This document shows, piece after piece, positions 39,096 through 47,163 of a stretch of 64,000 nucleotides of DNA. The stretch is from positions 2,175 to 66,174 of the forward strand of contig JAQVRQ010000003.1 of assembly GCA_028700975.1 (NCBI GenBank), read 5' to 3'. Origin of the DNA: Bacteroidales bacterium (GTDB lineage: Bacteria; Bacteroidota; Bacteroidia; Bacteroidales; UBA932). A program made the position numbers and the translations under genes. A model generated the notes under the pieces. It did not search any database and had not been told where the DNA came from. It saw nothing but the letters and a program-made list of their open reading frames with translations. Numbering within the stretch: the first letter of the stretch is position 1; every line of letters begins with the position of its first letter.

Positions 39096-39112
39096 CAAAA
39101 TTACTAAATTTG
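39096..39112. promoter_or_regulatory. Back-to-back divergent -7 elements (TAATTTTG on -, TAAATTTG on +)
   Basis: CAAAATTA at 39096-39103 and TAAATTTG at 39105-39112. Confidence 0.6.
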
Positions 39113-39131
39113 TGTTATTCTAAATAATTGA

Positions 39132-39617
39132 ATGATGAGCAATAAAACAATCAGCATAACATACAAAGAGTTTTTAAAAGGTGAGGGGCTTGATCAAATG
39201 GATAGAGAGTTGTTGTCAAAAGCAGTTGATGCGGCAGGCTCTTCTTATGCTCCATATTCAAATTTTAATGTTGGGGCGGCTGTAAGACTTGCGAATGGAG
39301 AGATAATATCTGCTAGTAATCAAGAAAATGCGGCTTTCCCATCTGGTCTCTGTGCTGAAAGGGTAGCTATATTTTATGCACACGCCAGATATCCTGAATC
39401 CCCCATTGAATCTATTGCGGTTACCGCTTCTGTTGATGGTCATATATGTGAAGATCCAACTTACCCCTGTGGAGCGTGCAGACAGGTAATGGCCGAATCG
39501 GAAATAAGAGCAGGGAAACCGATAAAAATAATCATTGGAGGAGAGAAAGTTACACAGGTTATGGAGGGTGTCTCATCTTTTCTGCCATTTACTTTTAACA
39601 ATCTACCGAAGAGATAA
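39132..39617 (+). CDS. cdd: Cytidine deaminase
   Basis: YAPYSNFNVGAA, NQENA, CAER and PCGACRQ motifs. Confidence 0.94.
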   Translation: MMSNKTISITYKEFLKGEGLDQMDRELLSKAVDAAGSSYAPYSNFNVGAAVRLANGEIISASNQENAAFPSGLCAERVAIFYAHARYPESPIESIAVTASVDGHICEDPTYPCGACRQVMAESEIRAGKPIKIIIGGEKVTQVMEGVSSFLPFTFNNLPKR

Positions 39618-39653
39618 TTTCAGCAGATTGAATTTTTGTATTATCTTTGTGCC

Positions 39654-39752
39654 GGGGTAAGTCATATACGACCAGCTCCCACTGAACTCCCCCAGGGCCG
39701 GAAGGCAGCAAGGGTAGGTGGTTGTAGCGGTGCGATATATTCAGCTTGCCCC
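39654..39752 (+). ncRNA. ffs: Signal recognition particle RNA (4.5S)
   Basis: Core CAGGGCCGGAAGGCAGCA with GGAA tetraloop; terminal stem GGGGTAAG/CTTGCCCC then a T-run; TATCTTTG promoter at 39642-39649. Confidence 0.9.
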
Positions 39753-39771
39753 TTTTTTATTTCATATTATC

Positions 39772-40974
39772 GTGAAGATTGCAGTTGGACTTTCAGGCGG
39801 AGTTGATTCCAGTGTAGCCGCTCTTCTTCTGAAGGAGGCGGGGCACGAAGTTATTGGTATGTTTATGCAGAACTGGCATAATACAACTGGCACCTTGCAT
39901 GGTGATTGTCCCTGGAAAGATGATTTGACCATTGCTAAACTGGTTGCAAAAAAGCTTGGTATCCCATTCTATTTTGTTGATTTAAGTTCAACCTACTCTG
40001 AAAGAGTGGTCGATTATATGTTCAACGAGTATTCAAAAGGCAGAACTCCTAATCCGGATGTATTATGTAATAGAGAGATCAAATTTGAAGCCTTTCTTAA
40101 AAAGGCTTTTGAGCTTGGTGCAGAGTATGTTGCAACTGGTCACTATTGCATTAAAAAGAGTATTATAAACGAGGAGGGTGAAGTTGTTCACAGGCTTCTT
40201 GCTGGTACTGATCCCAATAAGGATCAAAGTTATTTTTTATGTCAGCTCAGTCAGGAGCAACTCTCCAAAGCTCTATTCCCGATAGGTGAGCTGCTTAAAC
40301 CTCAAGTAAGAGAATTAGCAGCAAAAGCCGGATTACCATCGGCGGATAAGAAGGACTCACAGGGTATATGTTTTGTTGGAAAGATTGATCTGCCTGTTTT
40401 TTTGCAACAAAAACTTGCATCAAAATCTGGTGATGTTATAGAGGTTTATAAAGAATTTTATAGTGATAATATACTAACTGAGTACAATAAAAAGGGATAT
40501 GACTTTGTTAATGAAGAGAATATCTCTCTAATGGTTGAACCATATCAATACTCTAAAACATCCGGGAAAAAAATTGGAGAGCATCAGGGAGCTCATTTTT
40601 ATACAGTTGGTCAGAGAAAGGGTTTAAATATAGGCGGACATATTGAGCCACTCTTTGTAATTGGTACCGATGTTGAGACCAATTTAATATTTACTGGTGA
40701 GGGCCAGAGTCACCCAGGATTATACAGAAAGGGGCTATTTATTTCATCAGATGAAATTCACAATGTCAGAGAAGATCTTGCAATGAAGCCCGGAGATGTT
40801 AGGGATTTTCTTTTAAGGATTAGATATAGACAACCTTTGCAAAATGCCAGGTTATTCAGAAAGGAGGAGGGACTATATATCATTTTTGATAATCCTCAAA
40901 GGGGTATTACTCCTGGCCAGTTCGCCGCCTGGTATTCAGGCGACGAATTAGTAGGCTCAGGTGTAATTAAATAG
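39772..40974 (+). CDS. mnmA: tRNA-specific 2-thiouridylase MnmA
   Basis: GLSGGVDSS, TPNPDVLCN, ATGHY, KDQSYFL, DSQGICF, TPGQ motifs. Start taken at GTG 39772; the ORF-track extension lies inside ffs. Confidence 0.95.
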   Translation: MKIAVGLSGGVDSSVAALLLKEAGHEVIGMFMQNWHNTTGTLHGDCPWKDDLTIAKLVAKKLGIPFYFVDLSSTYSERVVDYMFNEYSKGRTPNPDVLCNREIKFEAFLKKAFELGAEYVATGHYCIKKSIINEEGEVVHRLLAGTDPNKDQSYFLCQLSQEQLSKALFPIGELLKPQVRELAAKAGLPSADKKDSQGICFVGKIDLPVFLQQKLASKSGDVIEVYKEFYSDNILTEYNKKGYDFVNEENISLMVEPYQYSKTSGKKIGEHQGAHFYTVGQRKGLNIGGHIEPLFVIGTDVETNLIFTGEGQSHPGLYRKGLFISSDEIHNVREDLAMKPGDVRDFLLRIRYRQPLQNARLFRKEEGLYIIFDNPQRGITPGQFAAWYSGDELVGSGVIK

Positions 40975-43048
40975 CCAAATTTGTCATCTCACTTGTGAAT
41001 CCCAATCCTTTAGTAGGATATTTGAAGAGCCAAAAGACAGGCTCTGTCTCTCCTGATGTATAGCTCCAAATTGATTCATAATTCTTTTTACTCTCCCCCA
41101 TATTCTCAATTTCTCGCAGATAGGAGGCTATTGATCTGTTTTCCGTAATATAAACATCTCCCATTTGGTCGATAATTGGGCTGTGTCTTCTAGTTCTATC
41201 GTGGTCAAACTTAAGTATTCTCTCTCCGTTACGTGTTATTCCCACCATTTGGAAGGTCATACTTTTGCCAATTGCCGGTAGATTGAGTACATTTCTGTCT
41301 GTGGGAAGAAATGGAATATCGTGCTTTCTCATAAACTCTTTAATGCCTTTTGCAAGGTCCTCTCCGGATAGAAATATGTGATTAAGCTCTTTCTCCTGCT
41401 CAGGTGTAAGTTTTCCAATTCTCTTCTCTTCATTTGCCTCCTGAAGCGACCTGCTGTTAGGTGTAAAGAGACTTCTGTTTTCTGCAAATCCTTTTACTGA
41501 AAATGTATAATAGGTAATAACTCCCATTGAATTAAGTATTTGCCTGAGTTTTGCAGTATGACCTCTTCTTGATGCTGCGGCATTGAATACCAGTTGATTT
41601 GAGATTGTCCATCCGGCAGATATAATTGACTTAATAGCTTTTTTAGCTTCAGGAGTAACCTCAAGTGGTGATTGGAAATGTGTTTGAATTACAAATTGGC
41701 ATATTCCCACTTTTGTACCTCTCTCTCTAAAATCTTTTATTATTGAAACTAGCTCTTCATCAATTCTGGTGGGTAGATAAGCTAGTAGTCTTGATCCTAG
41801 TCTAACTCTCTGTAATTCCGCAAACTTAGCACCAGGCTCTCTCCCTTTATTATCTTCTCGTTTGGCTTTAGCCATAGTTAAGACAGCCTCTAAAACCTTT
41901 TTAAGATTTTTGTTGCTTGTCATAAGAGCATCTCCCCCTGTGATTAGTATATCTCTTAGTTGAGAGTCTTCACGAAAGTAATTCATTAATCTTTCTAGTC
42001 TTGTTTCCCATTGCTCTTTTGGCTTAAGATCATCAAGTTCAAAATTGAGCCTCTCTCTTTGGAAATCATACATCCTCTGACAAGATGCGCACAATCCACC
42101 GCAACTTCTTCCTCTGGTTTCAGGAATAACAATTGCTACTTCCGGGTATCTTCTGTGAATACTATGGCTCTCCGGTAATAGCCATCCTGCAGCATTAGGC
42201 TTTCCTGGTTCAACAATATCTTCTCTCTCCCACGCTTTAATATTACCATAAGTATCCACAAGAGACTCTGTATACAGAATGTAGCTTCTTATTGTATGAT
42301 CGTCAAAACCGCTCTCCTCTGTATTGAGCAGAGATAAATAATATGGAGTTACAAAGAATGGGATCCCTTTGTTCTTTGCTTTGTTCAGGATTTTCATAAC
42401 CCTGACAGGGAGAGACTCTTCTAAAAAATGATTTAGTTCACCCGGAGTTCTTGCAGCCATTGATAGATGGAACCTGAAATCATTCCACCACTCTTCAACT
42501 TTTTTTATTTTATCCTCTTCTGATAATCCCGGATTAAAAGTGTATCGGGAGTTAATGTGACCTCTTTTCTCAATTTTTCTTACTAGCAACCTAACAAGTC
42601 TCTCCTTAACTTCCTCTCTCTTTTCTCGAATCTCTTTGTCCAATCCTGTAGGCCACCTTTTCATCCATCCTCTAACCTTTGAATCAGAAGGATTCTTAAT
42701 TTTTTTTGTGCCATCTGCTATAAGAAATAGATTAAGAAGATCTTCAAAAACATCTGTTTTTGAATAGTTATTCGAGAATTCTCTTAAAAAGTTCCATAAT
42801 AGTGTTAAGGTTTCAATATATACCTTCTCACCTTTTGATAATTCGAAAATTATTTTGTTCTCATTTTCACTCATTGTAAGGATAGTCTTGGCACACCTTA
42901 CTGATTCCTCCGATATGTTCTCTTCAATCTTCAAAGAAGCATAGGCGCGGATTGAACTTAAAAATTGTTCCTCGTCGTTGCTTTGAATTGCTGCCTTATA
43001 AAGATTTGGCAGAGATTTCACAAAGCTGTTAAATATTTTCTTTGCCAT
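40967..43048 (-). CDS. KamA-family (lysine 2,3-aminomutase-like) radical SAM protein, extended 693-aa form
   Basis: FFVTPYYLSL, HRRYP, CGGLCASCQR (CxxxCxxC), DILITGGD, RLGSR, THF, NQ, and LPAIGK (PLP-Lys-like position). Confidence 0.85.
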   Translation of the reverse strand: MAKKIFNSFVKSLPNLYKAAIQSNDEEQFLSSIRAYASLKIEENISEESVRCAKTILTMSENENKIIFELSKGEKVYIETLTLLWNFLREFSNNYSKTDVFEDLLNLFLIADGTKKIKNPSDSKVRGWMKRWPTGLDKEIREKREEVKERLVRLLVRKIEKRGHINSRYTFNPGLSEEDKIKKVEEWWNDFRFHLSMAARTPGELNHFLEESLPVRVMKILNKAKNKGIPFFVTPYYLSLLNTEESGFDDHTIRSYILYTESLVDTYGNIKAWEREDIVEPGKPNAAGWLLPESHSIHRRYPEVAIVIPETRGRSCGGLCASCQRMYDFQRERLNFELDDLKPKEQWETRLERLMNYFREDSQLRDILITGGDALMTSNKNLKKVLEAVLTMAKAKREDNKGREPGAKFAELQRVRLGSRLLAYLPTRIDEELVSIIKDFRERGTKVGICQFVIQTHFQSPLEVTPEAKKAIKSIISAGWTISNQLVFNAAASRRGHTAKLRQILNSMGVITYYTFSVKGFAENRSLFTPNSRSLQEANEEKRIGKLTPEQEKELNHIFLSGEDLAKGIKEFMRKHDIPFLPTDRNVLNLPAIGKSMTFQMVGITRNGERILKFDHDRTRRHSPIIDQMGDVYITENRSIASYLREIENMGESKKNYESIWSYTSGETEPVFWLFKYPTKGLGFTSEMTNLAI

Positions 43049-43070
43049 TTCTTTTATTAATTAATACTAT

Positions 43071-43937
43071 TTATTCTTCCCGGAGTTTATCCCCCAGGGT
43101 TTTATATTTAAAATCATACATTTTTGACATAAGCACAGAAGGTTTAACGTTTTGTCCCTCTGTAACAAGTCTGTAAGAACCACCCATAACTATTTTCAAA
43201 ACAAATTCCGGCAATATTACTTTAAGTTTTGTTTTATAATGATCAGATAGAGTGCTTTCTACTCCATTCATATCAATAATTTGAGGTGCAACAAGATTAA
43301 CAGGACCAGATATTGATTGGTCATTTATTATATACATAATTGCCCCAACAACATCCTCTTCAGATATCCAGCTGAAAGGTTGTTTTCCACTTCCAAATCT
43401 TATAGCTGTGGCAAATTTGAATGGGAGTGAGAGCTTTGGAAAGGCTCCCCCTCTTGTTGAAACAACAACACCTAACCGAATAACTGCGACTCTTGTACAG
43501 ACTGAAGCTTTCATAGCCTCTCTCTCCCAATCTTCGCATATACTTGAGAGAAATCCACTCCCCCTTTCTGTGGATAATTCGTCAAAAGCGCTCTCAGGAG
43601 TAACAGTTGAGGATGAGGGGTATATACCAACTGCAGAGGCAGATATAAATAGAGCTGGTGTTTGTTCTCCACACTCTAAAATTGCATTTGAGAGATTTGC
43701 TGTTGTCTCAATTCTGCTCTTTCTGATTTCTCTCTTTTGCTTATTTGTCCACCTGCAATTTATTGTATGACCGGCCAAATTTATAATAAGGCCCAGACCT
43801 TTAACATCCTGGACAGAAAATTCTCTGCTTATCCTTTTCACGGACCACCCATCTTTTTCAAGAGCTTTGGTAATGGCTGTGCCCACAAGGCCGGATGCTC
43901 CTCTGATACCTGCGGTCTTAATTATCTTGTTAGCCAT
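43071..43937 (-). CDS. TIGR01777-family NAD-dependent epimerase/oxidoreductase
   Basis: GASGLVG, INLAG, RW, SR..TT, SASAVGIY, WE and GSGKQPFSWI motifs. Confidence 0.88.
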   Translation of the reverse strand: MANKIIKTAGIRGASGLVGTAITKALEKDGWSVKRISREFSVQDVKGLGLIINLAGHTINCRWTNKQKREIRKSRIETTANLSNAILECGEQTPALFISASAVGIYPSSSTVTPESAFDELSTERGSGFLSSICEDWEREAMKASVCTRVAVIRLGVVVSTRGGAFPKLSLPFKFATAIRFGSGKQPFSWISEEDVVGAIMYIINDQSISGPVNLVAPQIIDMNGVESTLSDHYKTKLKVILPEFVLKIVMGGSYRLVTEGQNVKPSVLMSKMYDFKYKTLGDKLREE

Positions 43938-43954
43938 TATCTAGTTTTGTTAGG

Positions 43955-44761
43955 TTAAATCTCTATTGTGAGTCCATCCCATGCTGCGTAAATACCTGGT
44001 GGTAGCTCTGCTGAAAGTTGGTCGTGTGTTCCAATCTGGTGCGAAAGATGTGTAAGAAATGTTCTCTCAGCACCAATCCTCTTTGCCACCTCAATTGCCT
44101 CTGAAAGGCTAAAGTGAGATATGTGTTTAGCGTGTCTCACTGTGTTAACAACCAATACTTTTACATTGTTCAGAAGCTTATAGCTTTCATCATCAATTCT
44201 ATTAGCATCAGTAATATAAGCAATGTCACCTATACGATATCCAAAAATTGGTAATTTGTAGTGATAAACTCTTATTGGTATAACTTCCAATCCTGGTACT
44301 TTGGAGAGACCATTCTCCCTTTCAATGTAAAATGCATTGTTGTCAATTACTCTAATGTCAAACTCCGGGACACCTGGATATCTGTTCTCTTCAAAGGCAT
44401 AAGAGTACTCTTTCTCCAGTGATCTCAATACTCTCTCTTCACAGTAAATTGGCAAAGCCTTACCATTGATATAGTTTAATGCCCTTACATCGTCAAGTCC
44501 ACCTGTGTGATCTTTATGTTCGTGAGTCAATAATATTGCATCAAGATTTGAGACTTCTTCTCTTATCATTTGCTGCCTGAAATCTGGTCCCGCGTCAATT
44601 AAAATTCTAAATCCTTTGTAATCAATAAGAGCGGAGGATCTTAGTCTATTGTCCTTTGGATTCTCAGATTTGCATACATTGCAATTGCATCCTATCATTG
44701 GTATCCCCTGCGATGTACCGGTTCCCATAAAAGAGAGCCTTGCAGTCTTGAACTCGTTCAT
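43955..44761 (-). CDS. MBL-fold metallo-hydrolase (PhnP-like)
   Basis: GTGTSQGIP..GCNC..C, DAGPDFRQQ, THEHKDH, YITD, SHF, THLSH, AWDG motifs. Start taken at ATG 44761. Confidence 0.88.
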   Translation of the reverse strand: MNEFKTARLSFMGTGTSQGIPMIGCNCNVCKSENPKDNRLRSSALIDYKGFRILIDAGPDFRQQMIREEVSNLDAILLTHEHKDHTGGLDDVRALNYINGKALPIYCEERVLRSLEKEYSYAFEENRYPGVPEFDIRVIDNNAFYIERENGLSKVPGLEVIPIRVYHYKLPIFGYRIGDIAYITDANRIDDESYKLLNNVKVLVVNTVRHAKHISHFSLSEAIEVAKRIGAERTFLTHLSHQIGTHDQLSAELPPGIYAAWDGLTIEI

Positions 44762-44805
44762 TCTATAAAGGTAGGAAATTTTCATACCTTTGCGAAAAAT
44801 ATTTG

Positions 44806-45510
44806 ATGCAAAAAAGAGGAATTTTATACCTTTTACCAACACCATTGGGAAGCGATGATCTTAGTGAAGTTATACCTGAAGGTGTCTTGAGAATTATACC
44901 TAATTTAAGATACTTTTTTGTTGAAGAGTTAAGAAGTGGGAGAAGATTCCTTTCAGCTGCCGGACATAGAGGACAGATTGAAAGTCTTAATTTATTTGAA
45001 CTTAATGAACACTCAAAAGAGATTGAACTTGATGACTATATAAAAATTCTTGAGGAGGGGAATGACGCTGGCTTATTGAGTGAGGCCGGAATACCTGCTG
45101 TAGCGGATCCCGGAGCATCACTTGTCGCCCTGGCTCATAACAGAGGGATAAGAGTTGTTCCTATGAGTGGACCCTCATCAATTATTCTCGCGCTTGCAGG
45201 ATCAGGAATGAATGGGCAGAATTTCCAATTTCACGGCTATCTCCCAGTTAAGACAGAAGAGAGAAGAGGCAGTATCAAAAGAGTTGAAGCCCTCTCTAAA
45301 TCAACAGGAGCAAGTCAGATTTTTATAGAGACACCATATAGGAATAACTCCATTCTATCTGATATTCTTGACATTTGTTCACCGGGAACAAAACTATGCA
45401 TTGCAGCTAATATTACTCTAGAGGATTCATTTGTAGTAACTAAAAGTGTTGCAGAATGGAGAAGAGAGAGACCGGATCTTAATAAGAAACCTTGTGTATT
45501 CATTTTATGA
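44806..45510 (+). CDS. RsmI-like tetrapyrrole-methylase-family SAM-dependent methyltransferase
   Basis: LYLLPTPLG, LNEH, SEAGIPAVADPG, GPSS, F.GYLP, FIETPYRN motifs; TACCTTTG promoter at 44785-44792. Confidence 0.85.
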   Translation: MQKRGILYLLPTPLGSDDLSEVIPEGVLRIIPNLRYFFVEELRSGRRFLSAAGHRGQIESLNLFELNEHSKEIELDDYIKILEEGNDAGLLSEAGIPAVADPGASLVALAHNRGIRVVPMSGPSSIILALAGSGMNGQNFQFHGYLPVKTEERRGSIKRVEALSKSTGASQIFIETPYRNNSILSDILDICSPGTKLCIAANITLEDSFVVTKSVAEWRRERPDLNKKPCVFIL

Positions 45511-45878
45511 AAAGAGAAGATAGTAAAACATCAATGGTAGAACTTGTAAATATGGAGTTCTACTCTTATCACGGACATTTTAGAGAGGAGCAGATTATTG
45601 GGAATAAGTTTATTGTAAACTTTTCTGCCGAATGTGATGTTTTTAAACCGGGAGAGAGTGATGAACTTGAGGATGCTCTTAATTATCAAGAGTTGTATAC
45701 TATAATTAAGGAAGAGATGGACCAACCGTCAAAATTGCTTGAAAATGTGGCTTTAAGAATAATTAGAAGAGTTAAATCTACATATACTCAAGTTGGAATT
45801 GTAACGATCTCTGTTGCAAAGATGAATCCACCAATTGGGGGTAAAGTAGAGGCTTCCAGGGTTACTATCTCATATTAA
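45507..45878 (+). CDS. folB: Dihydroneopterin aldolase
   Basis: FYSYHG...EEQIIG, ALNY, SKLLENVA, KMNPPIGG motifs. Confidence 0.92.
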   Translation: MKREDSKTSMVELVNMEFYSYHGHFREEQIIGNKFIVNFSAECDVFKPGESDELEDALNYQELYTIIKEEMDQPSKLLENVALRIIRRVKSTYTQVGIVTISVAKMNPPIGGKVEASRVTISY

Positions 45879-45888
45879 ATAATTAACA

Positions 45889-47163
45889 ATGAAAGATAAT
45901 AGAGGCAATCGTGTGGCTTTTCTTACACTCGGATGCAAACTTAACTATTCTGAAACCTCTTCAATTGCCAGACAATTCATAGAGCACGGTTATGAGAAGG
46001 TTTCAGCTGCTCAGGAGGCAGATATATATGTAATTAATACTTGTTCTGTTACCGAGCACGCAGATAAAAAGTGCAGAAATGCAATTAGAAAATTACATAA
46101 GCAAAACCCTGCGGCTATTGTTGCAGTAACAGGATGCTATGCGCAGCTTAAACCACAGGAGATACTTTCAATAGAGGGAGTTGATCTTGTGTTGGGTGCA
46201 GATCAAAAGGAGAATCTTTTTATGAGAGTCTCAAATATAAAAGAGAGAGGAGAAGAGAAACATACTCCAAAGGCATTCTCTTGTGAAATATCACATATTG
46301 AGACTATATTTCCTGCATATTCATCTGATGACAGGACTAGATCTTTTTTAAAAGTACAGGATGGTTGCGATTATAATTGCTCCTACTGTACAATTCCTCT
46401 TGCAAGGGGTAAAAGCAGAAACCATCCAATCGATTTTTTAGTAGGAGAGGCAACCGAGATTGCATTAAGAGGCATTAAAGAGATCGTTCTTACAGGTGTA
46501 AATACAGGTGATTTCGGAAAAACTACCAACGAAGATTTTTTAGAACTACTTAAGAGGTTAGAAGAGGTTGAGGGTATTGAACGTTACAGAATATCATCTA
46601 TTGAGCCAAATTTGATTACTCCTGAAATTATTGACTGGATTGCTCAAGGAAGAAAATTCCTGCCCCATTTTCATATTCCGCTTCAATGCGGATCGGACAA
46701 GATACTCGCTCTTATGAAAAGGAGATACAATACAAAGCTTTTTGAGGAGAGAATATCCCTGATTCGCGAAAAGATTCCTTATGCATTTTTAGGGATTGAC
46801 GTTATAGTTGGTTTTCCAGGAGAAGATGAAGATGAGTTTGATAAGACATACAGATTCCTTGAAAAAATCTCCCCATCGTTTCTTCACGTTTTTCCATACT
46901 CAAAAAGGGCAAATACCCCAGCTGCCGAGTATTCAGAGCAGGTAGAGGAGAGTGAAAAACATCAAAGAGTTGCCAGGCTTACGCAATTATCCAACTCTCT
47001 TTATGATAAATTTGTTGAGCAGAATAGAGGCAGAAGAGAAAAGGTTTTATATGAGAGTACTAAAAAAGGGGGAAAAATGTTTGGGTATACAGGCAATTAC
47101 ATTAAAATTGAGGTTCCTTATGACAAATCATTAATAGGGAAAGTTTGCGATATTATTATTTAA
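45889..47163 (+). CDS. mtaB: tRNA t6A37 methylthiotransferase MtaB
   Basis: TLGCKLNYSE, NTCSVT, TRSFLKVQDGCDYNCSYC, RISSIEP motifs. Confidence 0.93.
   Translation: MKDNRGNRVAFLTLGCKLNYSETSSIARQFIEHGYEKVSAAQEADIYVINTCSVTEHADKKCRNAIRKLHKQNPAAIVAVTGCYAQLKPQEILSIEGVDLVLGADQKENLFMRVSNIKERGEEKHTPKAFSCEISHIETIFPAYSSDDRTRSFLKVQDGCDYNCSYCTIPLARGKSRNHPIDFLVGEATEIALRGIKEIVLTGVNTGDFGKTTNEDFLELLKRLEEVEGIERYRISSIEPNLITPEIIDWIAQGRKFLPHFHIPLQCGSDKILALMKRRYNTKLFEERISLIREKIPYAFLGIDVIVGFPGEDEDEFDKTYRFLEKISPSFLHVFPYSKRANTPAAEYSEQVEESEKHQRVARLTQLSNSLYDKFVEQNRGRREKVLYESTKKGGKMFGYTGNYIKIEVPYDKSLIGKVCDIII

Noticed and set aside
39718-39771. ORF-track N-terminal extensions of mnmA (also SSS 27264, MBL 44845, pmbA 61059)
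   Set aside because: They overlap ffs or neighbouring genes; downstream starts match family N-termini.
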